64,000 nt of DNA from Haliotis cracherodii (Eukaryota), in assembly GCF_022045235.1 (NCBI RefSeq), contig NW_027266297.1, forward strand, positions 19,468,001 through 19,532,000, written 5' to 3'. How positions within the stretch are numbered: position 1 is the first letter of the stretch; the number at the start of each line of letters is the position of its first letter. The position numbers were made by a program, and so were the translations under genes. Positions 52,119 through 63,802 of the stretch are shown piece after piece. The notes beneath the pieces are model-generated. The model was not told the DNA's origin. It saw nothing but the letters and a program-made list of their open reading frames with translations, and did not search any database.

Positions 52119-52470
52119 ACTGGCAACCTGGTGCGCCTTTCCCAGCAAGAGCTGATGGACTGTTCCTGGGGGGAGGGCAACAATGCCTGTGATGGGGGCG
52201 AGGACTTCCGGTCCTACATGTACATCATGAAGACAGGGGGTCTCACCTCGGAAGAGCAGTACGGCCCCTACCTCGGTGCTGATGGAACCTGCCATGCCAC
52301 TAAAGTGTCACCTGTTGTCCAGCTGTCCGGCTACGTCAATGTCACACCTTATGATCAAGAAGCACTGAGAGTGGCCATTGCCAATGAAGGTCCAGTCTCT
52401 GTCAGCATTGATGCCTCCCACAAGTCCCTGTCTTTCTACGCTAATGGAGTCTATTATGAACCTGCTTGTG
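52119..52470 (+). CDS. Cathepsin exon 8 (LSQQELMDCSW...CDGG...GPVSVSIDAS...FYANGVYYEPAC)
   Basis: ccccacag|ACT and G|gtaagt junctions; C1A motifs. Confidence 0.95.
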
Positions 52471-52510
52471 GTAAGTTTTATCATGTATCCATGTCCTCAT
52501 TACTCCTTCT

Positions 52511-52885
52511 ACCCTTAAAGGGGGTTCATGTGTAGAACAGGTCCTCATTACATATGCTTGTACCCTTTAATGGGGTTCACGTGTAGAACAGGTCCTCATT
52601 ACATTTGCTTGTACCCTTAAAGGGGGTTCATGTGTAGAACAGGACCTCATTACATATGCCTGTACCCTTAAAGGGGGTTCATGTGTAGAACAGGTCCTCA
52701 TTACTCCTGCTTGTACCCTTAAAGGGGGTTCACGTGTAGAACAGGTCCTCATTACACATGCTTGTACCCTAATGTGGATTCCTGGGTAGAATAGGTGCTC
52801 ATTTATCATTGAGGATTCCTGCTTAGAATAGATCCTCCTTACTCATGCTTGTACCTTTAAAGGAGATTCCTGGGTAGAAAAGGGA
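52511..52885. repeat. 51-bp minisatellite related to the family C head
   Basis: Unit acccttaaagggggttcatgtgtagaacaggtcctcattacatatgcttgt, five units plus degenerate ones. Confidence 0.88.
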
Positions 52886-53129
52886 CCAATTTCTCTTTGT
52901 TGTATCCTAATTACCATATCCAAAAAATATGCCACAAAAATCAATTTGATAATTATTTAGCATGTTTAGGTAACATAACATATTTTCACATAACCATTTA
53001 TCAAAGCAATGTATGGGAGATGTGTCATTCAAATCACATGCTGAATGCAAGTTTAGCCACACTTGGAACATGATGCTTAGGACACTATTCATACCCAGTA
53101 ATGTCTCCCATAGGCATGTTACTTCGTTC

Positions 53130-53418
53130 AAAACATGTGTCTGTTCCCCTAGCAGTGAATGGGTACCCAGCATAGGCAGATCCAGTGGACCTGGATCCCC
53201 CCTCCCCCATTTTTGAAAAGCAAATGTAGTATGTTGTAGGCAGTAAATTATCTGAGAGAGGATTTTGATATTTTGGACCCCTCCCTTGCCCAGGATGCAA
53301 CATGGGTTGTATGATCCCCAGGGAGCTGAGAATGACCCCATTGATCGGGGTAATAATAATGTAAAGCGCCTGTGAACAGCCTGGCTAGAACTCGGCACTA
53401 TACAAAATAGATTATTAG
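53130..53418 (+). mobile_element. Old SINE remnant of a fifth type (core cagcagtgaatgggtacc, L2-type tail gtaaagcgcc...ggcactata), apparently interrupted by a GGATCC-type MITE
   Basis: Motif resemblance only; single copy in the window. Confidence 0.45.
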
Positions 53419-53447
53419 GTTCTTATTAATGGTATTGGTGTTTGCAG

Positions 53448-53635
53448 GCAGCGACCCTGATTCCCTGGATCACTCTGTCCTGGCTGTGGGTTATGGTGTG
53501 ATGAACAACCAGGCCTACTGGCTCATCAAGAACTCATGGTCCACGTACTGGGGGAACGACGGCTATGTCCTCATGGCTCAGAAAGACAACAACTGCGGCG
53601 TGGCAACAGCACCAACATTCGTCAATATCAAATAA
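53448..53635 (+). CDS. Cathepsin exon 9 (catalytic His and Asn: [11 protein letters not shown]...IKNSWS; stop)
   Basis: tttgcag|GC junction, TAA at 53633-53635. The nine exons sum to 1632 nt (543 aa plus stop) with consistent phases. Confidence 0.95.
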
Positions 53636-54659
53636 ACCACTCAAAACTGCACATGTACATACAAATTAACATTGTATATATTTTTACAACTTGTGCCATC
53701 ACTATTTAATATTATGTTGATATTTTAAAATTTGTGATCAAAAGTAAAATACAAAACTATGTAACTATGTCCTCAGGAAAAAAAAGGCACATTTACATTT
53801 TATGTACCAAATAACTGTACTGACATTATTCAAGAAATTATTGTTTTTCATTCATGAAAACCATTAGCACCATATTGTGCTTTAATTGCTATCCATTGGC
53901 CACATCAGTGCAAGAATATTGAGGTCACAGAACAATAGGTACTGGAGAAATATGTCTGGGTAGTCATGATGACTGTTCTCACTGTCTCACACCTCGTATA
54001 CTATCATACAAGCGACTTGTCCTGAATTACAGCCCATGAAAACCTGATGGTAATACTTACTTTTCCTGTCTCAGAAATCTGTTTTGTCCAGATATTCATA
54101 ATATTTTCAGGTTGGACAGTTTATCTGTCATTGCTATATCTGTACATAATGTAAGAACCAGCATAACATTCCATCAGTGCCCCCAAATTAATGGATTTTT
54201 TTATGAATGATGAAAAGTGGAGAAAAAAATGTTTGACAGTTTAGTTTTTATGAAAACTTTAGAAATTGGTTCAAAAATGTTTTGTAGTTGCATTGATCTT
54301 TGTAATGCTCAAAGTAAAATGTAGTGCTCTTGATTTTACAATTGATTGATTATTTTATACTGAACTGTACAGTTTGTAGAATTGAAAAATAAACATGTGT
54401 TTTATCTTTTGGTGTACTGTTCGTTATGTGTGTGGCATACCACCCCACTACTTGGAACACACTGATGTTCCAGAGCAAGGCCCTTGTGCTCACTCTGTAA
54501 ATGGACATGAATTCAAAAGATTCATAACTGACAGCCCAGGTTGTTCCTGTGGTCACAACTATGTAGACCCGCTACACTACTTTGTTGCAATTATGATCAA
54601 ACTAGAAGCAATTCGTCATATTACATAAAAAGGATATGATATTTATACAGTACTTTATG

Positions 54660-54884
54660 GACCGTGAAGACCCGGGGTAGAACAGGCATTCAGCAACCCA
54701 TGCTTGCTGTAAAAGGCAACTATGCTTGTCGTAAGAGGCAACTAACAGGATCGGGTGATGACTTGGTTGATGCTCATGATGTCAATCACTGGATTGTCTG
54801 GTCCAGACTCAATTATTTACAGACCTCTGTCATGTAGCTGGAATATTGCTGAGTGCAGCGTTAAACAGCAAATAAACAAACAAA
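54660..54884 (+). mobile_element. Family C, internally deleted
   Basis: Head and tail match. Confidence 0.85.
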
Positions 54885-55194
54885 CTATGCTCTCAGCCCA
54901 CTGATTCAGACTCAATAAAGCGATTAATGGTTTGATTTCTTTACTTATGGATCCGCCTACATGAAAATAGCAATAGGGTCTGTCATTAGAAACCCAATCT
55001 CATTAAAATCAGATCTAAGTTCTCGCTGCCGCTTGTTTCCATAAGGAAAAAACGACAGAGTTGTCTCCTCGGACAACTCTCTACTTCTGCTGCGTGCAGA
55101 GGAAAACGAGATGATGAATATGTGATATTTGTTTATGAATAACAACCACTTTCTTCTTTACATCAATTTTTCGTGATGCCTTCATTAGATAACT

Positions 55195-55488
55195 GGGGCA
55201 GGGGTGGCCAAGTCGTCGAAGGCGCCGCGTTTCACTGTGCAGAGTTACGTCTCTTGGGCACGCCAGAAACCTATGATTGTGGGTTCGAATCCCGGTTCGC
55301 CCCAATTATGTTTCTAGGTTTATCATCACTATAACTGGGCTCGTGGGTTCCATCGAAGTGGTAAACGTCTGAGACCTGCATCACTTTGGGCTTTCCTCCC
55401 ACATTAAGCATACACACCGCGATATAACTGGAATACTGTTTAAAGCTGCGTTAAACCCAACTCACTCACTCACTCACTCACTCACTCA
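55195..55488 (+). mobile_element. SINE family D, full length
   Basis: Head, body and (ACTC)n tail. Confidence 0.9.
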
Positions 55489-57322
55489 TAGGCTTGACTG
55501 CAGCGATCTTAACGCAGATCAGTATAAAATACATATTGTGGATACTAAAATTTGTTCCTGTGGATATTATACAAAAGATGCTTTACACTCTTTTTGTGTG
55601 TGTACAAATTACTGTTCTTCGAAATAAAATGTATTTATTCCAACATGCTTACTCTTAACAAACAGTGCTATAGGGAAATTCATATTTGATTAAAGAAGAT
55701 CAAATCCAAAGTTTAGATTCTATTAAAAACTGGCAGATTTTCAGTTAAGTAAATGAATTGATTAATATAAGCTGAAGGATATATCTAGCTTGGCATGTAC
55801 AATTCATTTGTTACATTTAGCCTTCACTGGTGTATAAATTGTATCATGTATTATGTGTAATGGAGGGTTATAACATAGAGCCTCACTGGTTTACCAATCC
55901 TTTTACATATTTTTGTGAAAATAAATATGTTTAAATCACATGCTCATATGTTTACCAAAGGTTGGATTAATGGACAAAAATAACAATATAAGGACCATCC
56001 TGAGTATTTGCAACAAGCCAAGAGTCTCCACACTAACATCAGATACTGAACAAAAAGGAAACTGCAAGAAACTTCAGAAATACAAATGAAGAAGAAGCCA
56101 GCCATTCACAGAAACCACTGCCAACTTAAACTTAATATATACCATTTCTGTGTCATTTGAAATAGTATTTAAAAAACCCTTCTTATCATCATGATCACAG
56201 AGGTGTTAATCATAAACCACTGAAGTTGAACTCTTCTCATCTGAAATCACAAGGCCAAAACTTTATGAAGATGTGTTGGACCATGTGACTCGGATTTGTT
56301 AATAACGTGGAAAGGGCAAAATTTGAATATTTTAAAAACATTAAAAAGATAACCAATTCAACAAAATATGAAAATATTTTCAACAATAATTTATCTTCTT
56401 AGAAAATAAAAGTATTTCAGTTGGATGTGTTGCACTACAAGAGGATTTAGATGTCATCGTATAATCTTAGCTCTTTTAAGACAAATTAAAACGAAAAGGA
56501 GTGGTATTTTCTTCAGAATATCATGTTGCGAAAGATAAAATATATTGCATCTCAGAAATGGCTTTGTCAGATAGATCACATTACACAGATAATGAAATCT
56601 CTGCGCAGAGTTGCGTCCCTTGGGTATGCCAGAAACTTTAGGGGCCGAAATCCGGTCCACCCCTATCATGTTTCCAGGTTTGTCGTAGGGCTGGGACGGG
56701 TAACTCGGTTACTGGGGTCGGGTACCCTGGGTTGAGTGTTTTGAGTGGGTTGGCGATCTGAACAAAATATTGCGCTGTATATACTCAAGCAGTTTGTTTA
56801 CACCATAAAACTTCACTCGAACATATGACAGGCATTGAAAGCATATAAGCACGGCAACTTGGTAAGCTAACGTGAGGTGGGAATCTCTAAAGAAAACAAA
56901 GCAAGCTTTGCAAGGCTTTCGCTCTACATCGCGCGTCACCATTATGACGTCATATCACTCATTGTGACGCAAAGTATATGACGTCATAGTCGTACATGGA
57001 AAAGCGCCAAAATTCCAAGCTCTCCCAAAACGGATATACATTCCCTTTGTAGATTGCTATCGTGTTTTATGCACGAAATGTATTGCCACACATCCTTTGA
57101 ATGTTGTAGTAACCGCATCTCTGCATTTTGTAACCTGTAATTGTAGATATAATTATTTAAATATGCCTATCGACAATGACTGAAAAAAAGTACTATTCTA
57201 TGAATATTAGCTTCCGCGGTGATGCGGCCGTCAAACCAGCTGTTTCAATCAGAGGGGGTTTATTGTGATTTAATAGTCTCTGATTGACCAATCAGAATCG
57301 AGTAAATTCCAAATTCATGGTA

Positions 57323-57662
57323 GAATGCTTGCCGTAAAAGGCGACTATGCTTGTCGTAAGAGGCGACTAACGGGATCGGGTGGTCAGGCTCGCTGACTCG
57401 GTTGATGCCACAGGGCCACGTATAGCCATACTATACTGACTGTACTGATTACATTAAAAAAAGATGTAATCAGTACAGTCAGTATAGTATGGCTATACGT
57501 GGCCCTGTGGTTGATGCATGTCATCGTATCCCAATTGTGTGGATCGATGCTCACGATGTCAATCACTCGATTGTCTGGTCCATACTAGATTATTTTCATA
57601 CCGCCGTCATATAGCTGGAATATTTCTGAGTGCGGCGTTAAACACCAAACCAACCAACCAAC
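57323..57662 (+). mobile_element. Family C carrying a palindromic MITE insertion
   Basis: Body is split at gttgatgc. Confidence 0.85.
57409..57509. mobile_element. 101-bp perfect-hairpin MITE with 8-bp TSD (P- or hAT-like)
   Basis: 46-bp perfect arms, 9-nt loop, TSD gttgatgc at 57401-57408 and 57510-57517. Confidence 0.9.
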
Positions 57663-58281
57663 ACTGATAAAGAATAGTCACGCTTTCCTCACATGATGGC
57701 CCAAGATTTCCAGCTAACTTTGAATGTACAAGGCAACAATGCCTTGGCACTTTCTTTGTCATCACTGACATACTGACTGACTGATATTTCAGTTTCAACA
57801 AAAAAACAGCTTCATCCAGTGCTTTTATACAATTAGGGAATACAAAAACGTGACGTATCAATTAATCATTTTATTATGCAATTGACTTCTTACTCAGATT
57901 TATACAATGGAATATTAATAAACACAATACATGATAGCAGAGTAGAACAAATAAACATGTACGTTCTCATGAAAAAAGACCACAGAATCGAAAACAATGT
58001 TGTGTGTATATTCCAGTGATGTTTCTAAAGTATACACGTAAACTTATTGGACATGAGCAGAAACGTGAAAAAATCAAGGATATTGAATAAACACCGCCGA
58101 ATTGCTTTTCTATGATTTTCTATATTTTAGCATTATCCTGTTATATAGTGAAATAAAATATAAACACTGAACCTTATCTCTTTTAACCTTCACATTTCAC
58201 TTAATCTCTTTTGCCAAGCTGGGCATATTAATCAAATAATATTGCAAACTCATTTTCTTGTCATCATCAATGGGTAGGTTC

Positions 58282-58806
58282 TCATGGTAAACTATAACCC
58301 TACTATTATAACATGGTAAATTACAACCCTAGTGCTGTAACATGGCAAATTACAACCCTACCACCGTAACATGGTAAATTACAATCTCACTACTGTAACA
58401 TGGTAAATTACAACCCTACTGCCGTAACATGGCAAATTACAACCCTACCACCGTAACATGGTAAATTACAACTTCAGTACCGTAACGTTGTAAATTACAA
58501 TCCAACTACCGTAACGTGGTAAATTACAATCCCACTGCCGTCACATGGTAAATTACAACCCTACTACCGTAACATGGTAAATTTCAACCCATCTCCCGTA
58601 ACATGGTAAATTACAACCCTACTACCATAGCATGGTAAATTACAACCCAACTGCTGTAACACGAAAAATTAGAATCCATCTACCGTTACATGGTAAATTA
58701 CAACCTCACTACCGTAACATGGTAAATTAGAATCCATCTACCGTAACATGGTACATTACAACCTCACTACCGTAACATGGTAAATTACAATCCAACTACC
58801 GTAACG
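58282..58806. repeat. 29-bp minisatellite (aacatggtaaattacaaccctactaccgt)n, about 18 units
   Basis: catgg recurs at 58283, 58312, 58341 and onward. Confidence 0.93.
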
Positions 58807-59017
58807 GTTAAAGGTTAAATTAATGAACACAAAACAACAACAAACATGTGGGGACATCTTTTACGTGTTAATGTACACACAGTCTCATTAAAATCAGATT
58901 TTTTTTCCATGAAAGGAGAGACGTATTGCATCGGAGTAAAAATCTGATGTTATTGAGATTGAAGCATACGTCCACTAGCGTGTATCGCCCAAAGGATGAC
59001 GTTTTGGTTAAAACCAG

Positions 59018-59109
59018 AGCCCTGTTCTACAAAGCGATCGCAGCACTAAGACGATCTTAACTTAGACTTACGGCAATACTAGCGCTAAGATCGCTTTGAC
59101 GAACGGGAC
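59018..59109. mobile_element. Related palindromic MITE (CAG/CAG flanks)
   Basis: Shares caaagcgatc...agcgctaagatcgctttg with the 107-bp family. Confidence 0.6.
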
Positions 59110-59137
59110 CAGGGGAACAAATTATCAACATAAATAA

Positions 59138-59301
59138 GAGTGAGTGAGTGAATATGGTTTTGCGCCACTTTAAGCAATATTCCAACAATATGACGGCAGG
59201 AGACCCTGGAAAATGGTCTTCACACATTGTAACCATTAGGAGGGTCGAACCCGGGTCTTCGGCGCGACGAGCCAACGCTTTTAACCACTAGGCTACCCCA
59301 C
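59138..59301 (-). mobile_element. SINE family A
   Basis: Diverged, near full length; flanking cataaata repeat. Confidence 0.8.
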
Positions 59302-59387
59302 ATAAATATTGAGCTGTGTCAATGCCCAGCAATGAATAATTTATATATCTATTTCCTACAAAACAACAAACAACGCAAATAATCCAA

Positions 59388-59751
59388 CTAAATCAACAGT
59401 TTTTGATAGCGGTCCGTTTTAACACTGACGCCCCTCTTGGAGACATAGACGCTCTTGTTGGTCATTAGACGATGCCACCAGTTGCAGTGGATCTTGTTCC
59501 GGAGCTGTCCCAGTTGTTTCGTCTGCATCGCTCGGCACGCGGAAGAGATGCTGTCGAAGATGACCATGGCGCTGTTGGGACTCTGTTGGTAGATGGTGGT
59601 GATGTTGCCGAAGCAGGACAGGATGGTATGGAGCTCGCGCATGTCGTAACTGGGGATGTAACGCCGGAGCTGCCAACGCACTACCAGGGTGGAGAGGGGG
59701 AGCTGCGTCTGCTCATTCGACATATAGCTGCCCCACACGTTGGTCATCAAC
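59388..59751 (-). CDS. TEX56/C6orf201 (DUF4523)-like protein with an RRM-like C-terminal domain; last exon
   Basis: Minus acceptor gttgcag|G. PLSTLVVRW...LSCFGNI...SAMVIFDSISSACRA...CNW.HRLM resembles the TEX56 C-terminal block (recognised from memory). Confidence 0.75.
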
Positions 59752-59919
59752 CTGCAACAGTGCTGGAGGTTTTTGTTTGTTGTTTAACGCCGCACTCAGC
59801 AATATTCCAGCTATATGACGCGTGGTAAATAATCACGTCCGGACCAGGCAATCCAGTGATTGACACCATGAGCATGCATCGTGGTGGGGGTGAGGTGAAA
59901 TAGGGTTCACATCGCGTTA

Positions 59920-60272
59920 AGGTGAGGTGAGGTGAAATGGGGTTTAACGTCGCGTCCAAGATTATTGCACTTATATAGCGACGTGCATGTACGTGTGTAT
60001 GTGTGTGTGGCTGCTTGTACTAGTCCGGACTAATGCCGGTTTTATTGTGCTAGCACACTGAGATACCATGCCGCAGTTTAACATAAATACCCCACACAGA
60101 CACAGTATACTGACTCCGAGTAGACCTGTCCTTGTTTTAGTTCCATAATGCGCCAGGCAGGGCGACAACAAGTGCCATTTTTAACGTCTTTTGGTATGAG
60201 GAGGCCGGGCGTCGAACCCGGACCTTTCGCTCACCAAGCATACGCTCTATCAACTAGACCACGGAGGCGGTC
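59920..60272 (-). mobile_element. SINE family B, full length
   Basis: Head, core and tail present. Confidence 0.88.
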
Positions 60273-60469
60273 TCTGCAACAGTGAATGAATGAATTTGGT
60301 TTATATCATAGTGTGTCAGCTTGATGTGGAAGAAAGACCCAAGTGATGCAGATCTTTGGCAAACACCACGTACAATTAAATAGGATTGGTATGGCAGATA
60401 GAGCATCTGCCCGGAGAGCGGAAGGCCAGGGGTCATAGCAAAAGATGTTAGCAGAGGGTACTTGTTGTA

Positions 60470-60714
60470 ACCCTTGTTTTAGCCCCTTAATGCCGAGCGC
60501 CAGACAGGGTAACAACAAGTACCATCCTTTAACGTCTTTTGGTATGACGCGGCCGGGGATCGAACTCCAGACCTTCCGCTCTCCGGGCGGACGCTCTACC
60601 ACTAGACCACGGAGGCGGTCCCAGACGCAGACAGACACACACACACACGAGAATGCCATCGCTATATAAGTGCAACACTCTTGAACGCGACGTAAGCCTA
60701 ATCTCACCTCACCT
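60470..60714. mobile_element. Rearranged SINE family B: 5' half on minus (60470-60620), tail on plus (about 60635-60714)
   Basis: Orientation switches within family B sequence. Confidence 0.7.
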
Positions 60715-61039
60715 GAATTTGAATTCTTCCCTCGGCATGTAGAATGTGATTTTTATGCAGGAGACGATGGTGGAGGGTGTTGACTCAAATATTTGTGAGC
60801 TTTCCTCACGACCCTTCCCCCCACCTCAATGGAGTTTATCTTAATGAATATTACAGTCTCCACAGATGTGTAGCAACGTGTTTGATTTCCCCTACGTACG
60901 CTGGTTATATACTGTAAGGTTTCATCAATCCAGAACAAGACTATTCAGAGGATTCCCCTTACTCAAGTGTTCTGTTGAATTATGGGTGTATCTGAAGTTG
61001 GATATTTGTCTAGAATTAAACCCTTGCTGGGCATCTTAC

Positions 61040-61184
61040 TTGTCCGGCACAAAACTGGTTCTGTCCCGACCCAGGGGCGTGGTGGAATGTTGGATGTCCC
61101 GGAGAACCTTCAGAGACTTCTGGTAGCACTGACACTTCAGATGGCCGTGAAGCGGGAGAGCGGGGAGCGTTGGGGCAGCCGGCC
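61040..61184 (-). CDS. TEX56-like gene, internal exon (RPAAPTLPALPLHGHLKCQCYQKSLKVLRDIQ...)
   Basis: tttttgccag|GG and AA|gtaaga junctions; phase 1 in and phase 2 out fit both neighbours. Confidence 0.7.
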
Positions 61185-61199
61185 CTGGCAAAAATCAGG

Positions 61200-61229
<30 letters not shown>
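61200..61229. repeat. (ATC)n microsatellite next to a splice acceptor
   Basis: Direct inspection. Confidence 0.95.
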
Positions 61230-61230
<1 letters not shown>

Positions 61231-61307
61231 CAAATTAAACATAAAAGTGATAATTTACTGGTTCTCTCTTTCTGTATAAACAAAGTCAAAAGGGAGTTCA
61301 CCTGAAC

Positions 61308-61546
61308 GAGTGAGTAAGTGAGTGAGTTGGGTTTTAAGCCGCTTTGAACAGTATTCCAGTTATATCACGTCGTGTCAGCTTCATGTGGGAGGAAAGCCCG
61401 GAGTGATGCAGGTCTCATGCGTTTACCACTTTGGCGGTGAACAAACTAAGAAACATAATCGGGGCGAACTGGGGTTTGTGCTGTACCCAAGGGACGCAAC
61501 TCTGCACATCGAATTGCGGCCCCTTCGACGACTGGGCCACCCCTGC
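61308..61546 (-). mobile_element. SINE family D, internally deleted
   Basis: Head and tail match. Confidence 0.82.
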
Positions 61547-62199
61547 CAACGACGTTCACCTGAGGGTTAGATTCTAAATAATTAAAAAAACATATATAAA
61601 GAAGCAAAGTGTGTAAGATAGTGACACTGTACAATCATGTACAAATATATACAGAATTTTATTTATACAGAATTTTATTTATCGTGTTAATGGTTCAGCA
61701 ACTATCAAGCGTTATGATGATCGCATCACGAACGATAACACACCTGTACAAATAACATGGTAAATTTCGTCTTGAATGCATGTGTAAGTTGTGATGACGT
61801 CCCTGTCTCTAAGAGAATGTATTCAAAGCTTCATATTAGCCGTTATGTTTCAGAGGAAACGGCGGTCCAGTGAAATACGTAAAAGAAACTTGCCTCGTAC
61901 CATACAGCACGAAACACCCACAAATTGCTGTAAAATTAACATGAAAACGGCACCACTTATCCACTATGGCTGCCGTGGCGGCCATTTTTAAAATCGGATC
62001 GGTAATTTTTTATAGGTGTTTGGTTGCGGTTTACCGGATATTTTCCAACATTTTGGTAATCTCCTTCCTTCAGTGTTTCTGTCACAATGTTAACTGCCTC
62101 GCTACATTAACAGGGGTTGGGAGTGGGTGGTGGGGTGGTTGGGGCTTGCCTCCTCACACAACGGCTTTCGAAAGTAAATATATTTTTTACTAACCAAAG

Positions 62200-62480
62200 A
62201 GAATAGGTCTATAAGCAACCCATGCTTGTCGTAAAAGGCGACTATGCTTGTCGTAAGAGGTGACTAACGTGATCGGGTGGTCAGACTCGCTGACTTGGTT
62301 GATGCATGTAATCGTATCCCAATTGCGTAGATCGATGCTCATGGTGTCAATCAGTGGATATGAGGGTGCCAACCCCTCCTCGAATACTTTTAAATTCGAC
62401 CTCTTTAGACTCGATTATTTACAGACCTCCGTCATATAGCTGGAATATTGCTGAGTGCGGCGTTGAACAACAAACAAATA
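62200..62480 (+). mobile_element. Family C with a short unrelated insert (about 62360-62405)
   Basis: Body and tail match. Confidence 0.82.
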
Positions 62481-62839
62481 AATAGTAACGGAAATTAATA
62501 CGTGTTTGTTGAAATGTAGGGATAAGGTTCTTGAAAGCCATTATGGAACTTCTATTTACGAACATTTTTCAATGTTAATGTCCAATTTTCGATGTTTATA
62601 AACCATATTATAACATACGATATCAAGCGAGAGTACATGTTTCTACATATTTTGAGTTTTATCGTCACATTTTTCAAATAGTCATGCTGCAGCGTGAAAC
62701 TATATTAGTAGCATCAAACATTGTGGACGTAACACGTACGATGAAATGTGCAAATATGAGGCCTTCGTTGTGCTAAGACGATTGCGTATCTCCCATACTT
62801 GAACACCGGCTTATGGCAGCCGTAGCGCTACGGGTCCTG

Positions 62840-62946
62840 GGCCCACTTGCACAGAGCGATCTTAGCGCTAAGATGATCGTATCTCCCATGCTTTAACATA
62901 GGCTTACAATAGTCGTAGCGCTAAGATCGCTTTGTGCAAGTGGGCC
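62840..62946. mobile_element. 107-bp palindromic MITE, same family, opposite orientation
   Basis: CTG/CTG 3-bp TSD. Confidence 0.82.
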
Positions 62947-62964
62947 CTGGAATACAAGTCTTAC

Positions 62965-63124
62965 TTTTGAATTCGACCTTCTCTTTAGGCGCTGGTGGGC
63001 TCCTCATCTCCTTTACGGGTTTGCGGGGCTGTTTCATTTCACACATCCTACAGTACATCTTGTACATACCCGGCTCCTGAAGCAAGCACCAGTACACGGG
63101 TTTTGGGTGCAACTCAACATAAGA
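62965..63124 (-). CDS. TEX56-like gene, internal exon (SYVELHPKPVYWC...CRMCEMK...KVEFK)
   Basis: ttgctccag|TCT and A|gtaaga junctions; phase 0 in, phase 1 out. Confidence 0.7.
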
Positions 63125-63308
63125 CTGGAGCAATTTAATTCCAACCCTACTATGACATTGTAGAATCCTGCATTCTGCCAGTGGTATGAAATCTACGTCA
63201 GACTAATGTTGATGGTAACCCGGAAAGATCATATTTAGTTGAAAGGATTTCTTTAACAAAACCGTCCGGTAGGCAAATTTGCATTTTCAAATACTGAGAT
63301 TATTAATA

Positions 63309-63561
63309 GTGAGTGAGTGAGTTGGGTTTAACGCCCTTTTAAGAGTATTACAGTTATACCGCGGCGTGTCAGCTCAATGTGGGAGGAAAGCCCGAGGTGA
63401 TGCAGGTCTCAGACGTTTACCACTTCGGTGAAACACACGAACACGGGTATGGTGCTAACAAACCAAGAAACATAATTGGGGCGAACCGGGATTCGAACCC
63501 ACAATCATAGGTTTCTGGCGTTCTCAAGGAACGCGTTGGACGACTGGGCCACCCGTGCCCC
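63309..63561 (-). mobile_element. SINE family D with 13-bp TSD
   Basis: gagattattaata on both sides. Confidence 0.88.
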
Positions 63562-63802
63562 CGAGATTATTAATAAATGGTATATCCCAATTCGTGAATT
63601 CGTGTTGTCGATTCTTGAGAAGAAAAATAGGTAATATATTTCAGAGAGAAAAAGAATGTATGTGAATTCAGTACTCTAAATGGAACAAATGTCGCCTATT
63701 TAGACAGATCGATTAAAAAATAATAATAATAGAATCCCAGCATACATCTATCTGGCAACATAAAGTTCGTATCCATGACTACAGATAACATGCATGACTT
63801 AC

